Notes: generated from the sequence alone by a model not told the origin. 64,000 bases of DNA from a virus (IMGVR_UViG_2925891887_000001), one strand, 5' to 3'; counted from the first letter of the stretch, positions 25,894-34,009 are shown. Numbers and translations: made by a program.

Positions 25894-26204
25894 CGTACCG
25901 GTATAGCGAGAGGGAGAGTTGCGGCTACCCACCTGTAATGTGCGGGAAGAAGAGAGGCGCTCACGTAGGCGGACTTGCTTACCGCTGGATTCCCTCTGAA
26001 TGCCCAGCTACAGCGTAATTGTGCCAGACAGCCAGCGGGTCACAATCGATTTCAGTAGGTTTTTGGGGAGAGGATTACTCTGCCACCAGCCACTTTCGGC
26101 CACTAAATCAGAATAATGTAAAAAGTGCACTCGGTACTGAACCTGAAAACTCACTGCCAAAACCACATTCACCGGAATAAAATCCTTTTTCGCCTGTGCG
26201 TTAT

Positions 26205-26240
26205 TGCGATAATAACACCAACAAGTAAACAACATGTTTA
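26205..26240 (+). promoter_or_regulatory. promoter/operator cassette
   Basis: Extended -10 TGCGATAAT (26205-26213), then TAAACAACATGTTTA (26226-26240). Confidence 0.55.
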
Positions 26241-26271
26241 GACGTTATATAAACGAAGTGAGGATGAAGAG

Positions 26272-26490
26272 ATGATTAAGATGCCTGTGACGGTTGAGGT
26301 GTGGGGCGTGGATTCCCTGGCTGAGTGTCTGGATGCAGTGGGGCCGGAGTTGTACCGCAAGTTGTGGTCGTTCGTCCCGGCAGAAGGGGAACCGCCCAAG
26401 GGGAAGGATATCTGGCACCTGCTGAGTGAAGATGAAAAGCGGGAGCTGGTGGACGCGGTACACAGCGAGTTCCCGGGCGACGAAGATTAA
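26272..26490 (+). CDS. hypothetical protein (72 aa)
   Basis: ORF after GAGGATGAAGAG, followed by a terminator. Confidence 0.5.
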   Translation: MIKMPVTVEVWGVDSLAECLDAVGPELYRKLWSFVPAEGEPPKGKDIWHLLSEDEKRELVDAVHSEFPGDED

Positions 26491-26497
26491 GAGTGAG

Positions 26498-26518
26498 GCC
26501 ACCAGCACGGTGGCTTTT
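26498..26518 (+). terminator. intrinsic terminator
   Basis: GCCACC/GGTGGC stem, 5-nt loop, TTTT tail. Confidence 0.7.
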
Positions 26519-26580
26519 GTCGCTATTAACCTCCGGGCAGCGCAACACCGTAACGATATACTTTGTGGCCGTTTTCTTAC

Positions 26581-26617
26581 TGGTATTGTTTACGCAATTT
26601 AGAAAACAACATGTTTA
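26581..26617 (+). promoter_or_regulatory. promoter/operator cassette
   Basis: TGGTATTGT, then AGAAAACAACATGTTTA. The 57-bp unit 26561-26617 is duplicated at 27045-27101. Confidence 0.55.
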
Positions 26618-26628
26618 AGGATTGCTTT

Positions 26629-26958
26629 ATGTTTACAAATATCGACATCAACCAAATCAAGAAATTAACTCAAAAAGAGTTTGATCAGTTTTATGAGTTA
26701 GAAGGTTGGTCTTCCACTCTGATCAATTCAAGATGGGTGCTGGAGCTGATGACTCGTGATGACGCACCTGCTTTGATGATTTGCGACATGGGTGAAGATG
26801 CTGACTTTATGGATATGAGCGAATTTTGTGTGGACACATACAACCGCAGCCAGAAGTACTACTTCACATGCGATAGCGAAAATGACGTGATTTCTAAGGT
26901 CTATCTTCACCTCGTCCAGCATTGGGACGTTCAGGAGTTTCTTGAAGTATTCGAGTAA
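26629..26958 (+). CDS. hypothetical protein (109 aa)
   Basis: ATG 26629 follows AAGGA. Confidence 0.5.
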   Translation: MFTNIDINQIKKLTQKEFDQFYELEGWSSTLINSRWVLELMTRDDAPALMICDMGEDADFMDMSEFCVDTYNRSQKYYFTCDSENDVISKVYLHLVQHWDVQEFLEVFE

Positions 26959-27064
26959 CCCCAACCAAAGCCAGCATTGCTGGCTTAATTTCTCTATAGA
27001 CGCAGGGAAGAACCTGCATATCGCTCATGCGCCTGATCAATATGCTTTGTAGCCGTTTTCTTAC

Positions 27065-27101
27065 TGGTATTATTTACGCCATTGAGAAAACAAGTTGTTT
27101 A
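27065..27101 (+). promoter_or_regulatory. promoter/operator cassette
   Basis: TGGTATTAT, then GAGAAAACAAGTTGTTTA. Confidence 0.55.
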
Positions 27102-27111
27102 CGGAGTTGTA

Positions 27112-27423
27112 ATGAAAAAATCATTGGTTCTTGGTCTGGACAAAGACCAGAAGAGAAAAGAGAAGCCTGCGCTGGTTGCTCAATTAACTTTGCTGGACAT
27201 CGTTGCCAATGGGACCTCTATTCGTCTGTTCCGTGAAACAGCGGTGTCTTTCGATAAAAACACCTTTACTCGTTATGTAATGAATGTTCGTCGCCAGCGT
27301 GGAAAAGGCTGGGTGGCATTTCAAAGAATGTGGCCGGAACATCAGCTCGAACTGGCTTTGATGGAAGTTAACCGCGTGGCCCAGCAAGAGATTCAGAGAG
27401 CATCAGTGATGGCAATAGCCTGA
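27112..27423 (+). CDS. hypothetical basic protein (103 aa)
   Basis: ATG 27112 follows ACGGAG. Confidence 0.5.
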   Translation: MKKSLVLGLDKDQKRKEKPALVAQLTLLDIVANGTSIRLFRETAVSFDKNTFTRYVMNVRRQRGKGWVAFQRMWPEHQLELALMEVNRVAQQEIQRASVMAIA

Positions 27424-27457
27424 TAATGTGCAAGTGGCAATTAGTCGACAGTACGAC

Positions 27458-27485
27458 AGCCCCGCCATCCTTACGGGGCTTTTTT
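27458..27485 (+). terminator. intrinsic terminator
   Basis: AGCCCCG/CGGGGCT stem, 9-nt loop, T5 run. Confidence 0.8.
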
Positions 27486-27490
27486 GTATT

Positions 27491-27506
27491 GTAAGTACAT
27501 ACTTAC
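27491..27506. repeat. GTAAGTA-type palindrome (GTAAGTACATACTTAC, perfect arms)
   Basis: Read directly. Lies 44 nt upstream of ATG 27550. Confidence 0.85.
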
Positions 27507-27549
27507 GATCATAGAATAGAAAAATAACCAATACACTACGGAGAGTGAA

Positions 27550-27945
27550 ATGACCGTTAAACGCGAAAAACTGACAGTTGATGTTTACTATGCCTCTGAA
27601 ACCGCCGAAGGTAAGAATGTGGCAAAAATCACCGTTGTTACGTACAACACCGAAACTGGTGCCGAAGTACAGGCCAGTACGATCGTGCGTAAAGGTGATG
27701 CCTCCGGCGGCGAGTACGCGACTCAATACCAGTCCATTCTCGATGCAACTGACCCGCTGCTGCTGAAAATCGAGAACTACTTCCGCCAGGTTGATGAAGA
27801 GGTGTTTGAAACCATGATGAATATGGTTAACACCGTATTCGCCTCCAGCCTGAATACCAACACTACCTGGATTGGTCAGTACGGCCTGCGCATTACCTCT
27901 GGCATTCCTGCCGACACCTTAATCCCTGAAAGCGTATTCGCTTAA
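27550..27945 (+). CDS. hypothetical protein (131 aa)
   Basis: ORF after ACGGAGAG. Confidence 0.55.
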   Translation: MTVKREKLTVDVYYASETAEGKNVAKITVVTYNTETGAEVQASTIVRKGDASGGEYATQYQSILDATDPLLLKIENYFRQVDEEVFETMMNMVNTVFASSLNTNTTWIGQYGLRITSGIPADTLIPESVFA

Positions 27946-27953
27946 TCCTCTTT

Positions 27954-27979
27954 AAATGGCGCGTAAACCGCGCCATTTT
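27954..27979 (+). terminator. intrinsic terminator
   Basis: AAATGGCGCG/CGCGCCATTT stem, 5-nt loop. Confidence 0.65.
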
Positions 27980-27991
27980 ATTAAGCCCGAT

Positions 27992-28028
27992 AACAATTTG
28001 TTTTCTGCCTTATCTGATTTGTGAAAAT
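27992..28028 (+). promoter_or_regulatory. promoter cassette with upstream operator
   Basis: AACAATTTGTTTT (27992-28004), then TGTGAAAAT (28020-28028). Confidence 0.5.
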
Positions 28029-28062
28029 GATTTCACTGAAGCAAGTTAATAAGGAAACCATC

Positions 28063-28437
28063 ATGGGACTTGATATCTATATCGAGACACAGCCTAAAAA
28101 CGATCTGAATAACGAGGCATCCAGAAAGCAGGTTGCTTACTTCCGTAAGTTCAATGCGCTCGTTGGGTGGATGGAGCGCAACGTAGGTGAAGTCGAAAAT
28201 TGTGAGCTTTTAGAATTAACGATGAATGACATTTGTTTTCTGAAGGCTCATTTGATGCACATAAACGAAAGTAATTGCGAAGAGTACTTGCCTACCCGGG
28301 AAGGTTTTTTCTTCGGCAGTCAGGAGTACGATGAAGGTTACTGGCATGATGTGGGGCAGTTGAAAGAGCTTGTGGAAGATCTGATTAAGAACCACGACTT
28401 TCACAATAACAGACTGACCTTCTGCGCCTGGTGGTAA
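28063..28437 (+). CDS. hypothetical protein (124 aa)
   Basis: ATG 28063 follows AAGGAAACC. Confidence 0.5.
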   Translation: MGLDIYIETQPKNDLNNEASRKQVAYFRKFNALVGWMERNVGEVENCELLELTMNDICFLKAHLMHINESNCEEYLPTREGFFFGSQEYDEGYWHDVGQLKELVEDLIKNHDFHNNRLTFCAWW

Positions 28438-28439
28438 AT

Positions 28440-28583
28440 ATGGGCGATTTCAAGAAACGCCTGAAGGAAAGAGCCGAGATGGTCAGAAAGCAAAACGCCT
28501 CTTCTGTCATCAGATACGCAAGGCAGTTTAGTCGCAACAACAAATCAGTTGAGGAAAAGATCCTTAGCGTAATCGTGCGATAA
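28440..28583 (+). CDS. small basic protein (47 aa), below the ORF-track cutoff
   Basis: ATG lies 3 nt after the upstream stop. Translates to MGDFKKRLKERAEMVRKQNASSVIRYARQFSRNNKSVEEKILSVIVR. A hairpin follows at 28589-28612. Confidence 0.35.
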   Translation: MGDFKKRLKERAEMVRKQNASSVIRYARQFSRNNKSVEEKILSVIVR

Positions 28584-28734
28584 TTATTAAGGCCATCAGC
28601 ATTGGTGGCCTTAAATGACCATCTTGTTTCCCGCAGGCTAAAAACACCAACCTCTTACCTCCAGGCAACCGACAAACCCACCTGTTCCCGTCCGGCTACC
28701 GCAACTTTCCACTTTGACGCCTTATTCGTACAAC

Positions 28735-28766
28735 GATAATTAACACCAACAAGAAAACAATTTGTT
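28735..28766 (+). promoter_or_regulatory. promoter/operator cassette
   Basis: GATAAT (28735-28740), with TTGACG at 28714-28719. Then AAAACAATTTGTT (28754-28766). Confidence 0.55.
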
Positions 28767-28787
28767 ATTTACGATAAGGAATTAATC

Positions 28788-29270
28788 ATGAATTTTATCG
28801 CTACTGTAAACGCACCCGCACATGGCAATATCGCTGTAACGTTCTCTGACATTGAAAAACGAGTACTTGGTGCATGGCGCGACAATGAGACGGTAGAACT
28901 GTCAGCACAAGAAAAATGCATTATTGCACGCGACATCATTGGCAATCGTCGTTACTCGCGGGTATTTGAGAAAGCGTATGTGGTAAATTCTGGATTCGGA
29001 ACGTTCGTCTTTCCGGTGCGCTCCGGGCGATTCTGCCAGTCCAAGCTGATTGAGTTCGCTACGCAGATTTCTTTCTGGATTAAAACTCAATCGTCGTTCA
29101 AATTTTCCGACGATGAAGCAGTATCGCAGGGGATGCGGATCGCCAACAATGCAATTAAATGCAAAAACATTACGTATACCGCTGGCGTTGATACATGGAA
29201 ACTGTTTTGCGCTAACTTTATGCTGAATGTATACGCAAGCAACCGCATCCACATCCTTGATGGCGTGTAA
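28788..29270 (+). CDS. hypothetical protein (160 aa)
   Basis: ORF after TAAGGAAT. Confidence 0.55.
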   Translation: MNFIATVNAPAHGNIAVTFSDIEKRVLGAWRDNETVELSAQEKCIIARDIIGNRRYSRVFEKAYVVNSGFGTFVFPVRSGRFCQSKLIEFATQISFWIKTQSSFKFSDDEAVSQGMRIANNAIKCKNITYTAGVDTWKLFCANFMLNVYASNRIHILDGV

Positions 29271-29276
29271 CTGAGA

Positions 29277-29300
29277 AGAGGGCCAGAAACGGCCCTTTCT
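29277..29300 (+). terminator. intrinsic terminator
   Basis: AGAGGGCC/GGCCCTTT stem. The loop itself contains an iteron-like CAGAAACGG. Confidence 0.55.
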
Positions 29301-29438
29301 CTATAGCCACCAGCTGCCGCAGGGAAATTTTCAGAAACGGCGAGGAACGTATTCATGAGCCGACGGGGAACGGCCAGGATTTTTTCGGGAAACGGCTGCA
29401 TTTGCCTTTGTGTAGAAAAAACATCGGGAAGCTGGTGG
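29284..29438 (+). repeat. direct-repeat (iteron-like) array 2, same motif family as 25761-25893
   Basis: Copies at 29284, 29320, 29332, 29342, 29364 (CGGGGAACGGCCAGG), 29386 (CGGGAAACGGCTGC) and 29425. Three of them are spaced by exactly 22 nt. Confidence 0.7.
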
Positions 29439-29796
29439 AATCCAACCAGCGGTTGTCGGACAGGTGAGCGGGGAAAATTATGATGACTTTCGTCACCTGA
29501 GACATCCAGATTTCTTTCGTAGCATAATCACATACGTGATTAAGTGGTGTGATTATGTGAAAAATCACGCGCACATAATACGCGAGCGGATACGGAACAA
29601 AACAAAATGCCGATCCGCGCCGACAAATAAACGCGGATCATAAAGCAAGACTAAAAGCCAATGATTAACTATGCGCTATAACGCGTTTTAAGCGCGTTAA
29701 TGTGTTAAGTAATGGGTATGTACTGGCAAGGATATAAAAGCGCGTCTATGGCGTTATTTTGGCGCTTATTTTTATGTTGTTGGAGTGAGTTAAAGA

Positions 29797-29826
29797 CAAT
29801 AAAAAACGCGCCATCAATGGCGCGTT
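29797..29826 (-). terminator. intrinsic terminator of the minus-strand island operon
   Basis: AACGCGCCAT/ATGGCGCGTT 10-bp stem, followed on the minus strand by T6. Confidence 0.75.
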
Positions 29827-29847
29827 ATTGTGGAAGTATTGGAAACG

Positions 29848-29871
29848 AAAAAAGCGCCCATAGTGGGCGCT
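29848..29871 (-). terminator. intrinsic terminator (first of a tandem pair)
   Basis: AGCGCCCA/TGGGCGCT stem with T5 on the minus strand. The same hairpin family occurs at 30349-30369. Confidence 0.75.
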
Positions 29872-29876
29872 CGATT

Positions 29877-30107
29877 TTATTTGTGTAAACTGATTTTAAA
29901 TCCCATTTCTACGAACGCTTTTAACATTAAAAATATATCAGCGTCGTTCACGTCTGCTTTTTTTCGCTCCTGGTCGCTCAATAAGTCAATTTTGCGCGTC
30001 GTTTCATCTATAAGCTCGACTACACGCCCAGCGTAACCAGCGATCCCAGCGATGCGATTAACATAATATTCATTATGGACGTTAACGCCAGCGATAAGAA
30101 CAAACAT
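29877..30107 (-). CDS. hypothetical protein (76 aa)
   Basis: ORF in the AT-rich island with AAGGAG upstream on the minus strand. Confidence 0.45.
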   Translation of the reverse strand: MFVLIAGVNVHNEYYVNRIAGIAGYAGRVVELIDETTRKIDLLSDQERKKADVNDADIFLMLKAFVEMGFKISLHK

Positions 30108-30128
30108 GATTAAGCTCCTTAAAAAAAA

Positions 30129-30332
30129 TTAAATAGAATTTTGAAGTTTTCCGATTAATGCGCTTAAGCGTAAGTATTCACGTTTGCGCTTGCAATCTCG
30201 CTTGCTGTTAAGCAAATCAGAAAACGTAAAATTTAATTGGTCGCGTTGCGCGATCAAATCGTCGATTAATTCCAGTTTATAAGCGCGATAATTTGCGCGA
30301 TATTCTGCGCGGATCTTGTCATAGCTGACCAT
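30129..30332 (-). CDS. hypothetical protein (67 aa)
   Basis: ATG 30332 follows AAAGGAGC. The listed start at 30377 lies inside a hairpin. Confidence 0.45.
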   Translation of the reverse strand: MVSYDKIRAEYRANYRAYKLELIDDLIAQRDQLNFTFSDLLNSKRDCKRKREYLRLSALIGKLQNSI

Positions 30333-30380
30333 CTTTAAAGCTCCTTTAAAGCGCCCATTGTGGGCGCTTGATTCCATTAA

Positions 30381-31040
30381 TTACGCTTTAAAAGCATCAG
30401 CTAAATAATTGTAGAAATCATTCTTGATAAAGCGATATTGCTGTGTACCAGCTTTGGCGCTCCCAGCTCCTTTGACTTTTTCAACAAGTCCGAGACGTTC
30501 GCAAAGATTGATCAACTGGTTGGCTTGAGTATAGCCAGCGTCCAATTTAATTTCACACGCTTTTTTAGCTTCATTCATTAAATCGAAAACAGCGCCATTG
30601 GTGAACGTGTCGATCTCGTCGTTAATCATATCGATTAAAGCGAATACACGAGATCCAGACATATCAGCGATGGAATAAACGCATTTACCAGATTTAATGG
30701 ATTTAACCAGATAAACCAGTTTTTCCAGTGAATAACTATTAGTCATTGCATCACGGAAAAATACTTCTGGCGCTTGTTTGCTTGCTTTAATCGCATAGTA
30801 GAAAACAGAGCATAATTTTTCGTCTTCTACTGCGTTTACGACGTTGTTGATGAAGTAAGCAAGTTTAGTGGTCGCAGCTTGCATATTTGCTTTGTCTGCT
30901 TTGGTGTGCGTACCATTTTTATAATGTTCGTTATATGTTTGAGTTGCCAGATCTGCTTTTTCGCGCAGCTCGTCGGATACAATAGATGCAGCTTCAATGA
31001 TGGACTTTTTAGAAATGATAATGTTAGCCATGATGGACAT
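30381..31040 (-). CDS. hypothetical protein (219 aa)
   Basis: ORF in the AT-rich island. No motif recognised. Confidence 0.55.
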   Translation of the reverse strand: MSIMANIIISKKSIIEAASIVSDELREKADLATQTYNEHYKNGTHTKADKANMQAATTKLAYFINNVVNAVEDEKLCSVFYYAIKASKQAPEVFFRDAMTNSYSLEKLVYLVKSIKSGKCVYSIADMSGSRVFALIDMINDEIDTFTNGAVFDLMNEAKKACEIKLDAGYTQANQLINLCERLGLVEKVKGAGSAKAGTQQYRFIKNDFYNYLADAFKA

Positions 31041-31284
31041 CCTTACGAAAAATTAAAATGAATTTATTTTTTACTGTCGTTAGCTAGCTCGCTTTCGACG
31101 AGTTCAATTATCGATACGTGAAAAAAGATTGCAAGTATTTTTTTTAAATTTTCTGCAGGGATGAAAGTCCTAGAAATAAAAGCGAGATCGTCGAAGGTGT
31201 TCCCTAAATAAATAATCAATTCGGGCCTTTAACCTTATATATTTATACGGAGTGGCATCGAAAGAGTTTTAAATGAATGGCATG

Positions 31285-31314
31285 TAAAATAATAACCGGA
31301 CTTAGCCGGTTATT
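31285..31314 (-). terminator. intrinsic terminator
   Basis: AATAACCGG/CCGGTTATT stem downstream of gene 31327-31851. Confidence 0.6.
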
Positions 31315-31326
31315 ACCCTTATAGAT

Positions 31327-31851
31327 TTAAAATGGAAGGATTCGTTCAACCCAATCGAAGAAAACAAGTATTTTTCTGCCGTCTTCTAACTTAAGAGTGA
31401 CCTGGCAAGCATCAACGCCTCTTGACACCCCTTCTATTTCACGACCGTCTGTCATGTAGACCCTTATAGATTGGTCGTTTTGATAAGCCTTGCGACATAT
31501 CGCAAAAAAGTCACGGCGTGATGGCTGATTGTCAACATAGTCTGGATGTATTGTTAGCCTACCTTTGAACTCGCGAGCAATGTCATCGATTACACCTGAT
31601 TCAATTGTGCTAATGCGCTCAAGTGGGAGTCTTATACGATTTTCTTTATCATATGGAATCGGGCATAAATCTAGCTTATTGCGTGAAGGCATTGTCCCCT
31701 GAACGTACATGCAAAACACCTGACCGTCTTCAAGCGTGACTCTTACAGGAATGTTGTTCTTCCGCCAGAACATAAGTATGTTCTCAGCATGTTCGTAGTC
31801 TCGCGGCCAGACTTCAGCCGGTATGCCGTAGGTGATGTCCAATGTTCTCAT
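31327..31851 (-). CDS. hypothetical protein with an internal duplication (174 aa)
   Basis: Two copies of the pattern hRVxhxDGxxh...G (IPVRVTLEDGQVFCMYVQG and SIRVYMTDGREIEGVSRG). ATGA overlap with the upstream gene. Confidence 0.55.
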   Translation of the reverse strand: MRTLDITYGIPAEVWPRDYEHAENILMFWRKNNIPVRVTLEDGQVFCMYVQGTMPSRNKLDLCPIPYDKENRIRLPLERISTIESGVIDDIAREFKGRLTIHPDYVDNQPSRRDFFAICRKAYQNDQSIRVYMTDGREIEGVSRGVDACQVTLKLEDGRKILVFFDWVERILPF

Positions 31852-32447
31852 TCTGATACTCTTAGAGGTGTTTTCAGCAATCCAAATTTAAATTCTTTAT
31901 TACCAACGACCAAGAAGGGGACTTCAACATAGATTTTTTTATCGACGGATTTAGAGTTCGCTGTTTTCTTGATGTCGCGAACGATACGTTTTGTTGTGTT
32001 TTCATCAATAAACAATACCTTCCCACTGGTATTCCCTTCAGTCTTAGCATAAGTGACAATAGGTTCTTCATTGCCAACTCTGATGTTCACTTGGCAACCC
32101 GTTGTAGCCATTTCATCACAATAGAGTGTACCGTCTTGAATTTCTAAAACAATTCCAGATGGCTTCATGGCCTCGTTAGAGCTTACATTAGCGTTTTCTG
32201 GTACTGCGGTCCCGTTAATTTGCAACCGTAATCTTTCTGTTCCTGCATGAAGTATTGTTTCTTCTGCGTTATCTGAGAATCTATACCAGACTGGTTGAAT
32301 CAGACCTCGTGATTTGTATTTTAGTACGTCTTCAGAAGTATACATGCTGTACGTTTTTTGCATGTCAGAGACGAAATCTGATAATGCGTTGGCGGAAAAC
32401 GCCGGGAGGCATATACAAGCAAGGAATAACGAAAGTTTCATTTTCAT
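31848..32447 (-). CDS. predicted secreted/periplasmic protein (about 199 aa)
   Basis: Signal-peptide-like MKMKLSLFLACICLPAFSANA. The listed start at 32462 is a TTG. Confidence 0.55.
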   Translation of the reverse strand: MKMKLSLFLACICLPAFSANALSDFVSDMQKTYSMYTSEDVLKYKSRGLIQPVWYRFSDNAEETILHAGTERLRLQINGTAVPENANVSSNEAMKPSGIVLEIQDGTLYCDEMATTGCQVNIRVGNEEPIVTYAKTEGNTSGKVLFIDENTTKRIVRDIKKTANSKSVDKKIYVEVPFLVVGNKEFKFGLLKTPLRVSE

Positions 32448-32462
32448 ATCATGATAATCCAA

Positions 32463-32951
32463 TTATTTAACATCACACTTTCTAATTTTTTCTATTTGTT
32501 CTAATTTTTCATGATCATCATTTAGATTTCCTTTGACTATCTCCGTTTCAAGTTTGCTGATTAGCATGTTAAGTGCGTTGTAGTTATTGCATTTTACTTT
32601 GTAGGCGTAGTATGACCTTGTCCCTGGTTTTTGTACACCCATATCATTAAAGTTAGAGCTTAAAGTATAACCTTCAAGTTCAACCCCTTTTATTGTTGGA
32701 AGAATTATATTTAATGGTTCTAATTTAAATGGGTAGATATAAATATGTGATATGAAGTACTCTTCTGAAGAGATTTTCTTCATGTCTTTTGTGATTGAAA
32801 CTGAATATTTACGGTCCCGAGCGATATAAAATTTTGTACATTTGTACGGCTCTAAGTTGAATAGATAATATCTGTCTTTAAAAAGAACATCTTTTCCATG
32901 TGATATTTTATGTCGTAAAGAGTTAATTATTTTGTTTATAGAAATACTCAT
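32463..32951 (-). CDS. hypothetical protein (162 aa), extremely AT-rich gene
   Basis: K/I/Y/N-rich ORF. First gene of an apparent three-gene operon. Confidence 0.5.
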   Translation of the reverse strand: MSISINKIINSLRHKISHGKDVLFKDRYYLFNLEPYKCTKFYIARDRKYSVSITKDMKKISSEEYFISHIYIYPFKLEPLNIILPTIKGVELEGYTLSSNFNDMGVQKPGTRSYYAYKVKCNNYNALNMLISKLETEIVKGNLNDDHEKLEQIEKIRKCDVK

Positions 32952-33096
32952 CTACAGTATCCGACCTTAGTTATCAATTGAAAAGCCTACAAATATCGTT
33001 CAGCCAATCAAGAAATTTTTTCAGCCGGAGGTATGTACTTCAAAAAATGTGATGAATGTCACATGCAGGTGCTCTCATACACCTGCATGTAGACTA

Positions 33097-33663
33097 TTAA
33101 TCATTCAATAATCTATATTTTCTTTTGATTAAATCTTCACCTTTTTTGGTGAACACAAAACCAAATTGCGATTTTTTGTTCAGCCTAAGGACTCTGTTAT
33201 CCAACGCATCGGTTGATGGAATCAATGTTTGATCATCTATCCAATTAAGTAGCGTAAGAAAGTTCAGCAGCCTCAACGTTGTTGTGCGAAGCTCTTTCGA
33301 TATATTTTCAATGCTGGCAATTCGTCTTTCTTTTTTCTCAGGTGGTACAGATAATTGTTCTTGAGGTTTCGTGGGTAGATAATCAATTTCGTTTGCTGAA
33401 TCGAATGATATGTGTGGCGTAATTTTGCTAAAAAAGCCTTTCGCTGACTCACTTGATAATAAACCAGACCTATTCATATCGTTTGTTATTCTGTACAGGA
33501 GTGGACTGTGTTTCATTTCAGGATAACGTTGATAAAAGTTAAGCAATTCAAAAGCAGCATTAGCACCAACAAGAAAATCAGAAGGATCGCTGACTTTCCA
33601 GAAAGAATGATTTTTCTTAGCGCCAGTGGTGTCAACAAATGATAATTCTTTTAACCAACTCAT
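33097..33663 (-). CDS. hypothetical protein (188 aa)
   Basis: ATG 33663 follows AAAGGAGC. A hairpin at 33061-33090 lies downstream. Confidence 0.5.
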   Translation of the reverse strand: MSWLKELSFVDTTGAKKNHSFWKVSDPSDFLVGANAAFELLNFYQRYPEMKHSPLLYRITNDMNRSGLLSSESAKGFFSKITPHISFDSANEIDYLPTKPQEQLSVPPEKKERRIASIENISKELRTTTLRLLNFLTLLNWIDDQTLIPSTDALDNRVLRLNKKSQFGFVFTKKGEDLIKRKYRLLND

Positions 33664-33728
33664 GATGTGCTCCTTTCTAACAAGTGAGCACATCATAGAA
33701 TTAGTAGATAGGGGGTAAATATGAAATG

Positions 33729-34007
33729 TTACGGCAACCTGCTCAGTATTTCCTCTAGATCTTTTTTTGTCATATTGGAGTTCTCATAGATGCGCATGAT
33801 TTTCTCACGCGTCTTAGCGGAAACCCCAACGGCAGATGTGACTTTGTCAAATTCAGCCATAGTCATCGTCTCCAGAATGGCATTGATAACTTCAGCCTTA
33901 GACATCTTGATTTTTTTCTCTTTGAGTTTTATTTGAAATTTTCCAAGTTTTTCATTGGCCTTATCAGACAATGCCACTTGGCAATAAGTTGTTTTCTTTT
34001 CGCTCAT
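33729..34007 (-). CDS. hypothetical protein (92 aa)
   Basis: Start lies 2 nt downstream of the helicase stop. Confidence 0.5.
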   Translation of the reverse strand: MSEKKTTYCQVALSDKANEKLGKFQIKLKEKKIKMSKAEVINAILETMTMAEFDKVTSAVGVSAKTREKIMRIYENSNMTKKDLEEILSRLP

Positions 34008-34009
34008 AA

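Noticed and set aside
24821-26018. ORFs 24821-25177, 25089-25361 and 25656-26018 in the large non-coding tract
   Set aside because: Their translations are low-complexity (T/Q/P/N/H-rich or G/R-rich). They have no RBS and run across repeat arrays and a terminator.
29548-29570. TGTGA...TCAC resembling a CRP site, near the 10-bp inverted repeat CATAATCACA/TGTGATTATG (29523-29557)
   Set aside because: The half-site spacing is 4 nt rather than 6. The inverted repeat is real, but I cannot assign it a function.
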